Below are positions 46,086 to 55,280 of a DNA stretch of 64,000 nt, in pieces. The translations under genes were made by a program, and so were the position numbers. The stretch's first letter is position 1, and every line of letters starts with the position of its first letter. The notes beneath the pieces were generated by a model, which did no database searches, was not told where the DNA came from, and saw only the letters and a list, made by a program, of their open reading frames with translations. Location: positions 480,001 through 544,000 of the forward strand of contig BK006947.3 in assembly GCA_000146045.2 (NCBI GenBank), in the 5' to 3' direction. This DNA is from TPA_inf: Saccharomyces. Taxonomy: Eukaryota.

Positions 46086-49000
46086 ATGACAGAAGAAGAT
46101 AGAAAGCTCACTGTAGAGACAGAAACAGTTGAGGCACCCGTGGCAAATAATCTTTTATTGTCGAATAACAGTAATGTAGTAGCACCTAATCCTTCTATTC
46201 CCTCTGCCTCCACATCTACCTCTCCGCTACACAGGGAAATAGTTGATGATTCTGTCGCTACTGCTAACACCACCAGCAACGTTGTACAGCATAATTTGCC
46301 CACCATAGATAACAATTTAATGGATTCCGATGCCACGTCACATAATCAAGATCATTGGCATTCAGACATAAACAGGGCAGGAACATCAATGTCAACGAGT
46401 GATATCCCAACAGATTTACATTTAGAACATATCGGCTCTGTTTCATCAACTAATAATAATAGTAACAATGCCCTAATCAACCACAACCCTCTGTCATCTC
46501 ATCTTTCCAATCCGTCATCTTCATTACGAAACAAGAAGAGCTCTTTGTTGGTAGCTTCTAACCCTGCGTTTGCTTCAGATGTTGAACTCTCGAAGAAGAA
46601 ACCTGCCGTCATCTCCAATAATATGCCTACAAGTAACATTGCCCTTTATCAAACAGCGAGATCGGCGAATATTCATGGTCCATCATCAACTTCCGCATCT
46701 AAAGCGTTCAGAAAGGCTTCGGCCTTCTCCAATAACACGGCACCCAGCACTAGTAATAACATCGGCTCGAATACACCTCCAGCTCCTCTTTTACCTCTAC
46801 CTTCACTATCACAACAAAATAAGCCAAAAATAATAGAGAGGCCCACAATGCACGTCACTAATTCAAGAGAAATACTTTTAGGTGAAAACCTGTTAGATGA
46901 TACAAAGGCGAAGAATGCTCCCGCGAATTCAACCACACACGATAATGGTCCAGTAGCAAATGATGGGCTGCGTATACCGAATCACTCGAACGCAGATGAT
47001 AATGAAAATAACAACAAAATGAAGAAGAATAAAAACATTAATAGTGGGAAAAATGAACGTAATGATGACACCAGCAAAATATGCACTACATCTACTAAAA
47101 CAGCGCCTTCAACCGCACCTTTGGGCAGTACAGACAATACTCAGGCTCTCACTGCTAGTGTCTCCAGCAGTAATGCTGACAATCACAATAATAACAAGAA
47201 GAAAACCAGCAGCAACAACAACGGCAATAACAGTAATAGTGCATCCAATAAAACCAATGCCGATATCAAGAATTCTAACGCCGACTTGAGCGCTTCTACC
47301 TCTAACAATAATGCAATAAATGACGACTCACATGAGAGTAATTCAGAAAAACCAACAAAGGCGGATTTTTTCGCTGCAAGGCTGGCTACAGCTGTAGGTG
47401 AAAATGAAATTAGTGATTCTGAGGAAACATTTGTTTATGAATCGGCAGCTAATTCGACTAAAAACCTAATATTTCCTGACTCCTCCAGCCAGCAGCAGCA
47501 GCAGCAACAGCAACCTCCAAAACAACAGCAACAGCAACAAAATCATGGAATAACCTCAAAGATAAGCGCCCCATTGCTAAACAATAACAAAAAATTATTA
47601 AGCCGACTGAAAAATTCAAGACATATTAGCACTGGTGCCATATTGAATAACACAATCGCGACTATAAGCACAAATCCGAACTTGAATTCTAATGTGATGC
47701 AGAACAATAACAATCTGATGTCGGGACACAATCACCTGGACGAGTTGAGCAGTATAAAACAGGAGCCACCGCATCAATTGCAGCAGCAGCAACCACCAAT
47801 GGATGTACAATCGGTAGATTCGTATACCTCTGACAACCCAGACAGCAATGTTATTGCCAAGTCGCCTGATAAGAGGTCAAGCTTAGTATCCCTATCTAAA
47901 GTTTCTCCACATTTACTTTCATCCACATCAAGCAACGGTAACACAATATCGTGTCCCAATGTTGCCACAAATTCGCAGGAATTGGAACCAAACAATGATA
48001 TTTCAACGAAGAAATCTCTTTCCAATTCTACTTTGAGACATTCCTCTGCTAATAGAAATTCTAATTATGGTGACAACAAAAGGCCTCTTAGAACAACAGT
48101 GTCAAAGATATTTGATTCAAACCCTAATGGAGCTCCTTTACGGAGATACTCTGGGGTACCGGATCACGTTAATCTAGAAGATTACATCGAACAGCCGCAT
48201 AATTATCCAACAATGCAAAATAGTGTGAAAAAGGATGAATTTTATAACAGCAGGAACAATAAGTTTCCCCATGGTTTAAACTTTTATGGTGATAACAATG
48301 TTATTGAAGAGGAAAATAATGGTGACTCGTCTAATGTAAATCGACCGCAACACACTAACCTTCAGCATGAGTTTATTCCAGAAGATAACGAAAGTGATGA
48401 AAACGATATTCACTCCATGTTTTATTATAATCATAAGAACGATTTAGAAACAAAACCGCTAATATCCGATTATGGTGAAGATGAAGACGTAGATGATTAT
48501 GATCGCCCAAATGCTACTTTCAACAGTTACTATGGCTCAGCATCCAACACGCACGAACTTCCATTACATGGAAGGATGCCTTCAAGATCAAATAATGATT
48601 ACTACGATTTTATGGTTGGCAACAATACTGGCAATAACAACCAATTGAATGAATATACCCCCTTAAGAATGAAACGTGGTCAAAGACACCTATCAAGAAC
48701 AAACAATAGCATAATGAATGGTAGCATCCATATGAATGGTAACGATGACGTTACCCATTCCAATATCAATAATAACGATATTGTTGGTTACTCACCGCAC
48801 AACTTTTACTCAAGGAAGTCCCCATTTGTGAAAGTAAAGAATTTTCTTTATCTTGCATTTGTTATATCATCACTATTGATGACAGGATTCATTCTGGGAT
48901 TTTTATTGGCCACTAATAAAGAACTACAAGATGTAGACGTGGTAGTGATGGATAATGTGATTTCAAGTTCGGACGAGTTGATCTTCGACATCACAGTAAG

Positions 49001-49583
49001 TGCTTTTAATCCAGGATTCTTCAGTATAAGCGTTTCCCAAGTCGATTTGGACATTTTTGCAAAAAGTTCTTACCTGAAGTGCGATTCTAATGGTGACTGT
49101 ACAGTAATGGAACAGGAACGGAAAATTTTACAAATAACGACAAATCTTTCGTTAGTTGAAGAGAGTGCTAATAATGATATTAGTGGTGGGAACATAGAGA
49201 CGGTATTACTAGGAACCGCTAAAAAACTAGAGACACCATTAAAGTTCCAGGGCGGCGCATTTAATAGGAACTACGATGTGTCAGTCTCGAGTGTCAAGCT
49301 TTTAAGTCCTGGGTCTCGTGAAGCCAAGCACGAAAACGACGATGATGACGATGATGATGGCGACGATGGTGACGATGAAAACAATACTAATGAAAGACAA
49401 TACAAAAGCAAACCAAATGCTAGAGATGACAAAGAAGATGATACTAAAAAATGGAAGCTACTAATCAAGCATGATTACGAATTGATAGTCCGTGGAAGCA
49501 TGAAGTATGAGGTGCCCTTTTTCAATACGCAAAAATCTACGGCTATTCAAAAGGATTCCATGGTCCATCCTGGTAAGAAGTGA
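46086..49583 (+). CDS. VAC7: Vacuolar membrane protein and regulator of Fab1 PI3P 5-kinase, 1165 aa. It is Asn/Ser/Gln-rich with a C-terminal TM segment.
   Basis: ATG at 46086. Length and position match YNL054W. The sequence is low-complexity with a poly-Q tract and one TM helix (LYLAFVISSLLMTGFILGFLLA). Confidence 0.9.
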   Translation: MTEEDRKLTVETETVEAPVANNLLLSNNSNVVAPNPSIPSASTSTSPLHREIVDDSVATANTTSNVVQHNLPTIDNNLMDSDATSHNQDHWHSDINRAGTSMSTSDIPTDLHLEHIGSVSSTNNNSNNALINHNPLSSHLSNPSSSLRNKKSSLLVASNPAFASDVELSKKKPAVISNNMPTSNIALYQTARSANIHGPSSTSASKAFRKASAFSNNTAPSTSNNIGSNTPPAPLLPLPSLSQQNKPKIIERPTMHVTNSREILLGENLLDDTKAKNAPANSTTHDNGPVANDGLRIPNHSNADDNENNNKMKKNKNINSGKNERNDDTSKICTTSTKTAPSTAPLGSTDNTQALTASVSSSNADNHNNNKKKTSSNNNGNNSNSASNKTNADIKNSNADLSASTSNNNAINDDSHESNSEKPTKADFFAARLATAVGENEISDSEETFVYESAANSTKNLIFPDSSSQQQQQQQQPPKQQQQQQNHGITSKISAPLLNNNKKLLSRLKNSRHISTGAILNNTIATISTNPNLNSNVMQNNNNLMSGHNHLDELSSIKQEPPHQLQQQQPPMDVQSVDSYTSDNPDSNVIAKSPDKRSSLVSLSKVSPHLLSSTSSNGNTISCPNVATNSQELEPNNDISTKKSLSNSTLRHSSANRNSNYGDNKRPLRTTVSKIFDSNPNGAPLRRYSGVPDHVNLEDYIEQPHNYPTMQNSVKKDEFYNSRNNKFPHGLNFYGDNNVIEEENNGDSSNVNRPQHTNLQHEFIPEDNESDENDIHSMFYYNHKNDLETKPLISDYGEDEDVDDYDRPNATFNSYYGSASNTHELPLHGRMPSRSNNDYYDFMVGNNTGNNNQLNEYTPLRMKRGQRHLSRTNNSIMNGSIHMNGNDDVTHSNINNNDIVGYSPHNFYSRKSPFVKVKNFLYLAFVISSLLMTGFILGFLLATNKELQDVDVVVMDNVISSSDELIFDITVSAFNPGFFSISVSQVDLDIFAKSSYLKCDSNGDCTVMEQERKILQITTNLSLVEESANNDISGGNIETVLLGTAKKLETPLKFQGGAFNRNYDVSVSSVKLLSPGSREAKHENDDDDDDDGDDGDDENNTNERQYKSKPNARDDKEDDTKKWKLLIKHDYELIVRGSMKYEVPFFNTQKSTAIQKDSMVHPGKK

Positions 49584-49941
49584 GTGTTAAGAATGTAGCT
49601 TTTTCGTCAAAGCTGGGTATTTTTCTTTTTATAGCGCAGGAGCGGAAGGCAATTTCCAAAACAGGAATGTACTTTCCAAAAAAGGAAAATGTAGTTTGTT
49701 TTTTGATGTTTTTTTCTCTTTGACTATTTCAAATTTAGAAGTGAAAAAATACAAAAATGTTACATAGGATTCGATACAGTGTAATATATCATTATTATTA
49801 CTTTTAAATAAAGCGTTTAGTAAACAAGAGTGAGGGTTATGCAACTCGTTTAGTAAACATTCTTTTTTTTTTCTTCATTTAAGTATAAGACAACAATAGT
49901 AGCGGAAGCGATAGTAATACATTTGGTAGCGATAAGTGCAC

Positions 49942-51411
49942 ATGCAATTTCACTCAGATAAGCAGCATTTGGACAGTAAAACCGACATCGATTTCAAGCC
50001 AAACTCACCGCGTTCCTTACAAAATAGGAATACCAAAAATTTATCTTTAGATATAGCAGCACTCCATCCATTAATGGAATTCTCATCGCCAAGCCAAGAT
50101 GTGCCAGGTTCAGTAAAATTCCCATCGCCGACACCTTTGAATCTATTTATGAAGCCCAAACCTATTGTGTTGGAGAAATGTCCACCAAAAGTAAGTCCAA
50201 GGCCAACGCCACCATCGCTGTCGATGAGGCGAAGCGAGGCCTCTATATACACACTACCAACATCTTTGAAGAACCGAACTGTTTCTCCAAGCGTGTATAC
50301 AAAATCATCCACAGTATCGTCTATCAGTAAGCTGTCATCATCATCACCGTTATCGTCATTTTCAGAAAAACCTCATCTGAATAGAGTCCATTCATTATCC
50401 GTGAAAACTAAAGACTTGAAGTTGAAGGGAATTAGAGGACGTTCTCAAACGATCTCAGGGTTAGAGACATCCACGCCAATTTCTAGTACTCGTGAAGGTA
50501 CTTTAGATAGTACGGATGTCAACAGATTTTCTAACCAAAAGAATATGCAAACAACATTGATTTTCCCGGAGGAGGACTCGGATCTGAATATTGATATGGT
50601 GCATGCAGAGATTTATCAACGAACGGTTTATTTAGATGGACCATTGCTGGTACTGCCGCCTAATTTGTATCTATATTCAGAACCCAAACTAGAAGATATA
50701 TTATCGTTTGATTTAGTCATTAATGTTGCCAAAGAAATACCGAACCTGGAGTTTTTAATACCGCCGGAAATGGCACATAAAATAAAATATTACCATATTG
50801 AATGGACACACACATCCAAGATCGTCAAGGACTTATCCCGATTGACACGCATTATACATACCGCTCATTCGCAAGGCAAGAAAATACTCGTACACTGTCA
50901 GTGTGGAGTATCAAGATCGGCGTCATTGATTGTGGCGTATATCATGCGATATTATGGCTTGAGTTTAAATGATGCATACAATAAGCTGAAAGGTGTTGCT
51001 AAGGATATAAGTCCAAACATGGGTCTCATCTTCCAACTTATGGAATGGGGAACCATGTTGTCCAAGAACTCACCGGGCGAAGAAGGAGAGACTGTTCACA
51101 TGCCTGAGGAAGATGACATCGGAAACAACGAAGTTTCCTCGACTACGAAGTCCTACTCTTCTGCGTCCTTTAGAAGTTTTCCCATGGTAACGAATCTATC
51201 ATCGTCGCCGAATGACAGTTCTGTCAATTCTTCGGAAGTAACGCCAAGAACTCCTGCTACGTTGACTGGAGCAAGGACCGCACTGGCCACAGAACGCGGG
51301 GAAGATGATGAGCACTGTAAAAGTTTGTCTCAACCCGCAGATTCACTGGAAGCTTCTGTGGACAACGAATCAATATCTACTGCCCCGGAACAGATGATGT
51401 TTCTTCCTTAA
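49942..51411 (+). CDS. MSG5: Dual-specificity MAPK phosphatase, 489 aa.
   Basis: The track start at 49936 is GTG. The first ATG, at 49942, gives 489 aa. The DUSP catalytic motif HCQCGVSRS is present. Confidence 0.9.
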   Translation: MQFHSDKQHLDSKTDIDFKPNSPRSLQNRNTKNLSLDIAALHPLMEFSSPSQDVPGSVKFPSPTPLNLFMKPKPIVLEKCPPKVSPRPTPPSLSMRRSEASIYTLPTSLKNRTVSPSVYTKSSTVSSISKLSSSSPLSSFSEKPHLNRVHSLSVKTKDLKLKGIRGRSQTISGLETSTPISSTREGTLDSTDVNRFSNQKNMQTTLIFPEEDSDLNIDMVHAEIYQRTVYLDGPLLVLPPNLYLYSEPKLEDILSFDLVINVAKEIPNLEFLIPPEMAHKIKYYHIEWTHTSKIVKDLSRLTRIIHTAHSQGKKILVHCQCGVSRSASLIVAYIMRYYGLSLNDAYNKLKGVAKDISPNMGLIFQLMEWGTMLSKNSPGEEGETVHMPEEDDIGNNEVSSTTKSYSSASFRSFPMVTNLSSSPNDSSVNSSEVTPRTPATLTGARTALATERGEDDEHCKSLSQPADSLEASVDNESISTAPEQMMFLP

Positions 51412-51554
51412 GGGACAGCATCTCCCAAAAGAATCTTTATGACTATCAGATCTGCAGGCAGACCGCCTCCCTACGCTTCTAAATAGAATGTACTTAGCAC
51501 TTCTGCCTACATAGTAATTATTCATCATTGTAAGTGTCACATTGCAAAAATCGT

Positions 51555-51584
51555 CCAATAGACGTTTTCCTCGTTTGTGATTGG
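51555..51584 (+). promoter_or_regulatory. CCAAT / ATTGG boxes, candidate HAP2/3/4/5 sites, about 145-170 bp upstream of COX5A.
   Basis: CCAAT is at 51555-51559 and TGATTGG at 51578-51584. COX5A is a classical HAP-regulated respiratory gene. Confidence 0.4.
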
Positions 51585-51724
51585 CCCTACGTTTTGCGCC
51601 GATACAAGCGGCGGCGAAAAGTTAAAAAGAACAATCAATTAAATAAGAACCATCAGTCCTCGTATTTTGTCTTCTGTTTGCAAGCAATGCACCAAACACA
51701 AGATCAACTAAGAACGCATCTACA

Positions 51725-52186
51725 ATGTTACGTAACACTTTTACTAGAGCTGGTGGACTATCACGTATTACATCCGTAAGATTCGCTCAAACACATGCTC
51801 TTTCCAACGCTGCTGTAATGGATCTGCAATCCAGATGGGAGAACATGCCCTCCACTGAGCAGCAGGATATTGTCAGTAAGTTGAGTGAACGTCAAAAATT
51901 ACCATGGGCACAGCTTACTGAGCCTGAAAAGCAAGCTGTGTGGTACATTTCTTACGGAGAATGGGGCCCAAGAAGACCTGTATTGAATAAGGGTGATTCC
52001 AGTTTTATTGCCAAAGGTGTTGCTGCAGGCCTACTATTTTCAGTGGGACTTTTTGCTGTCGTCAGGATGGCGGGTGGCCAAGACGCAAAGACCATGAATA
52101 AGGAGTGGCAGCTAAAGAGTGACGAATATTTGAAGTCGAAGAATGCTAATCCTTGGGGTGGTTATTCTCAGGTCCAATCTAAATGA
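51725..52186 (+). CDS. COX5A: Cytochrome c oxidase subunit Va, 153 aa.
   Basis: The sequence MLRNTFTRAGGLSRITSVRFAQTHALSNAAVMDLQSRWENMPSTEQQDIVSKLSERQKLPW... is recognisable. Confidence 0.95.
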   Translation: MLRNTFTRAGGLSRITSVRFAQTHALSNAAVMDLQSRWENMPSTEQQDIVSKLSERQKLPWAQLTEPEKQAVWYISYGEWGPRRPVLNKGDSSFIAKGVAAGLLFSVGLFAVVRMAGGQDAKTMNKEWQLKSDEYLKSKNANPWGGYSQVQSK

Positions 52187-52658
52187 ACAGGCCAGAAATT
52201 TTGAAAGGAAATCAATAGGGGTTAACGATTGTCATGGTTTTTTCAGCTAGTCTGTGACCTGTACGAAAGTGAATATCTTATTACATTATAAGTGTATCCA
52301 TGGGCATCCGCCCAATACAATGCCAACATATCAAACATAAAATTGGCTGATTGCCACTCTCACATTTTTTCTTTATTTATTTACTCAAATTTTGTAATTT
52401 TTTGTTAGACATATAATTTTATATCATTATTCTTATTATTCTTATATTTAAGGGAACCCCCCTGGAATGAAATAAGCTAATATAGTATGAGGGAATCCTG
52501 TATAAATGGGTTTACCTTGTTATTCTATGCCTCCCTTTCAAAGACGTATTTCTTAAAAACTTCTCCATTTGGTTGAATACTATGAAAAAAAAAAAATCAA
52601 CTAGAATAGATATGGAAGATAAAAATGTGTAACAAAAAAGAAGAAAAGAGCTGGAGGT

Positions 52659-53870
52659 ATGACAATAGCGCCAATGGCAAACGATTTAGAAGATTTTGAG
52701 TCTCTGCTGGAGCCTGATTTTGATGCTAAACAATTTGGTAATGACTTACTGAAGGCTACTAATAACAATGACACAACCATTTTAGACCTTAACACGCCTC
52801 TTAAAAAGCTAAACTATGATCTACATGAGATTGACTCTAGAATAGACCAATTGATGAATAGCAACCCATTGGAGATAATAGAGTTAATTTACAAAAATGA
52901 ACACGTCAATTCAACCATAGTTGGTGAGTTGAAACCAAGTTTGGGATATATGAATATGTCGTACGATAGACTAAAGAATCAAGTTCTAGATCCTTATGAA
53001 AGAGCGAGGAAAGTCCAACTAGCGTTGAGTAAAGTTTACCAAACATCTTTTCTCTTGCGCGGAGCATTGCTTTATATTCATTTATCAAACAAATTAAACG
53101 CACTGTCTAAAACAGCCCAACTAAGCACATCAACAGCTATTAATTTAGCCTCCTTACACTACCAACTTGAAATTACTTTGGAAGAAAATAAAAATCTAAA
53201 ATCCTTGCGGAAAATTAAACAATTAGATCAGGACATTGTTTCCCCCAACAAAAGAGAGTTAATAACATTTTTGTCTTTACAAATGTGTAAAGAGTGCTTG
53301 AACTCTATTAAAATCAAATCGAACAAAGAAATAATATCTCAGCTGGCCTACTCCTTATATCTACTTTCATCTCAAGAATTCGAGTCTGCAATAAACAAGA
53401 TTGTACTATCTAATGTTACAATGAGCTCACAAATCCTATCAAAAATTTTAAATTCTATCAGGATGTTTCCTGATGCGTTCAATGAAGTTGTTGAAAAAGG
53501 TTATAACATCTACATTTTAGAAACACTACTACAGAACATCAAAACGGATAATGTTACGAATTCCTCGAGATCTATTGCTGCTAATAAATCACGCCTTGGC
53601 AATCTTTTATCAGAATATACCTCAATGAAGAGTAAAGCAGGTTCTGGTACACCGAGAGATCTGTTTTGGAGCAAAGTTTCATCTGCCTTCAAAAAGGACT
53701 TTGATATATCTGTTAATAGAGGAGGCCCTGTGGGCAAGTCGCTGTTAAAAAATAAAGATTTTATTATAAACACTATGAAGCAAAGTATGAAAAAATCTTC
53801 TGATAATAGTGATTACCAAAGCTACTTGGATGTAATGCTAAACTCAGTATCTATTTCTCTAAATAAGTGA
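52659..53870 (+). CDS. COG5: Conserved oligomeric Golgi complex subunit 5, 403 aa.
   Basis: ATG at 52659. Length and position match YNL051W. Confidence 0.8.
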   Translation: MTIAPMANDLEDFESLLEPDFDAKQFGNDLLKATNNNDTTILDLNTPLKKLNYDLHEIDSRIDQLMNSNPLEIIELIYKNEHVNSTIVGELKPSLGYMNMSYDRLKNQVLDPYERARKVQLALSKVYQTSFLLRGALLYIHLSNKLNALSKTAQLSTSTAINLASLHYQLEITLEENKNLKSLRKIKQLDQDIVSPNKRELITFLSLQMCKECLNSIKIKSNKEIISQLAYSLYLLSSQEFESAINKIVLSNVTMSSQILSKILNSIRMFPDAFNEVVEKGYNIYILETLLQNIKTDNVTNSSRSIAANKSRLGNLLSEYTSMKSKAGSGTPRDLFWSKVSSAFKKDFDISVNRGGPVGKSLLKNKDFIINTMKQSMKKSSDNSDYQSYLDVMLNSVSISLNK

Positions 53871-54078
53871 GACAGTTTACATAAAATTAAGAATGTTGAT
53901 GAAATAGGATGAATCTAAAGCAATTTTCAATAGCATGTGCATATGTTTAATAAAAATTACATGAAATGTAATATTTGTTTATATTATTAAAGATTATACT
54001 AGTAATAGTTATTATGAGAAATCCAATATCGGTTAGTTTATATGAAGTATTAATATGTATATATATACATTTACGTGG

Positions 54079-54874
54079 TCATTCTGTCCTAAACTTAGGG
54101 GTACTGCCAGCTTTTGCCAGTGGGTTCAAAGGTACCTTTTTTTTGTTTTTCTTTCCACCACGCTTATGAAACTTTTTCTTCAACTGTTTCTTTATCTCAC
54201 GAGCTTTGGTATCACGCTCCTTGGTTCTTTCAAGTGCCAGTTTTTTGGCTGCACGTTGCTTTTGACCAGGTCTCCTCTTTTTAATCTTCAATTCCTTCTG
54301 CTGCTCTAACTCTATTCTCGCATTGTGCTTATACAGATCTATTATTCGACCCTGGCAATATGGCCATTTATCACGAATACGTAGATCATCCTCCAGAATT
54401 TTTGTACTTTCTTGTATTATCACATCATAGTCGATAGAGCTCTGTTGGAATTGCAGCTTTTGGTCTGCAGAATAGCTTGCAAAGTAGTAGTCTTTGGGCC
54501 TTTCTTGGTTGATTATTTCTTCTTCAGGTTCCTTCAATGAAATTTTCATCAAACTTACTTCAGTCTGTGGCGTATCCTTCTCTTGAGTTGATGAACCTTG
54601 TTCTTCTTGAGCTGGGCTAGTCGATGCTTCAACCACACCAAACGAAAATAACGGGAACTCGAATTCTTCTTGTTTTTCTTCCTTTTGTTCATGTGCGCTG
54701 TTATTACTTTCTTTGAGATCTAATGATGAGTCGGTTCTTTCAACTTCAACGAATTCAAATTCTGTTGGCGGTACTAATACCTCTACATGCTCACTATTAT
54801 TTTTACTACTACTATTGGAATCATAATCTTCTCCTAATCCCTCTCCTTCATTATAAAGATCTTTTCTTGATACT
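54079..54874 (-). CDS. YNL050C: YNL050C exon 2 (phase-2 acceptor). The protein is acidic, then Lys/Arg-rich, with no known function.
   Basis: The frame is open from the 3' splice site TTTTGCAG|A, with the AG at 54876-54875, down to the stop at 54079. The track ORF started at an internal GTG at 54636. Confidence 0.7.
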
Positions 54875-54965
54875 CTGCAAAATAATTAGAATATTAAACG
54901 ATTCGTTGAAAAGTTAGTAAAAAAATGAAATTAGAGGCAAACTTGTATCTTATGTCAAAGCATAC
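54875..54965 (-). other. YNL050C: YNL050C intron, about 91 nt, with a non-canonical GTATGC 5' splice site.
   Basis: The minus strand has the 5' splice site GTATGC at 54965-54960, the branch point TACTAAC (plus-strand gttagta at 54913-54919) and the 3' splice site CAG at 54877-54875. Confidence 0.65.
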
Positions 54966-54982
54966 ATCTTAAATTCAGACAT
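54966..54982 (-). CDS. YNL050C: YNL050C exon 1, 17 nt (ATG TCT GAA TTT AAG AT).
   Basis: This is the only ATG upstream whose splice joins in frame. It gives MSEFK-I-VSRKDLYNEGEG... and a total of 270 aa, the length I recall for YNL050C. Confidence 0.6.
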
Positions 54983-55280
54983 TTTTATACTGAATTTCAA
55001 TGTTTTTCTTTTTTTTTCATTAGAGGAGATTTTTCCATTGCTGTTTAAATGAAACTGGTCGTATTTTAAGTACTTCAAATTTTTCTTTTTCGTACTGATC
55101 CGATGACTTGAAAATACTTATTTTTTATGTAGGAACAGAATGGCATTTTTGAAGTACATAACTCTCACACGCAAAGGCCAAAATCTTTCACGATTTACTT
55201 TTATTTCTATCTGTATTGTATATCAAAATCTATACATGATGATCGGTTAATAAAGATAAAGATTAAAGAAAGACTGATTG

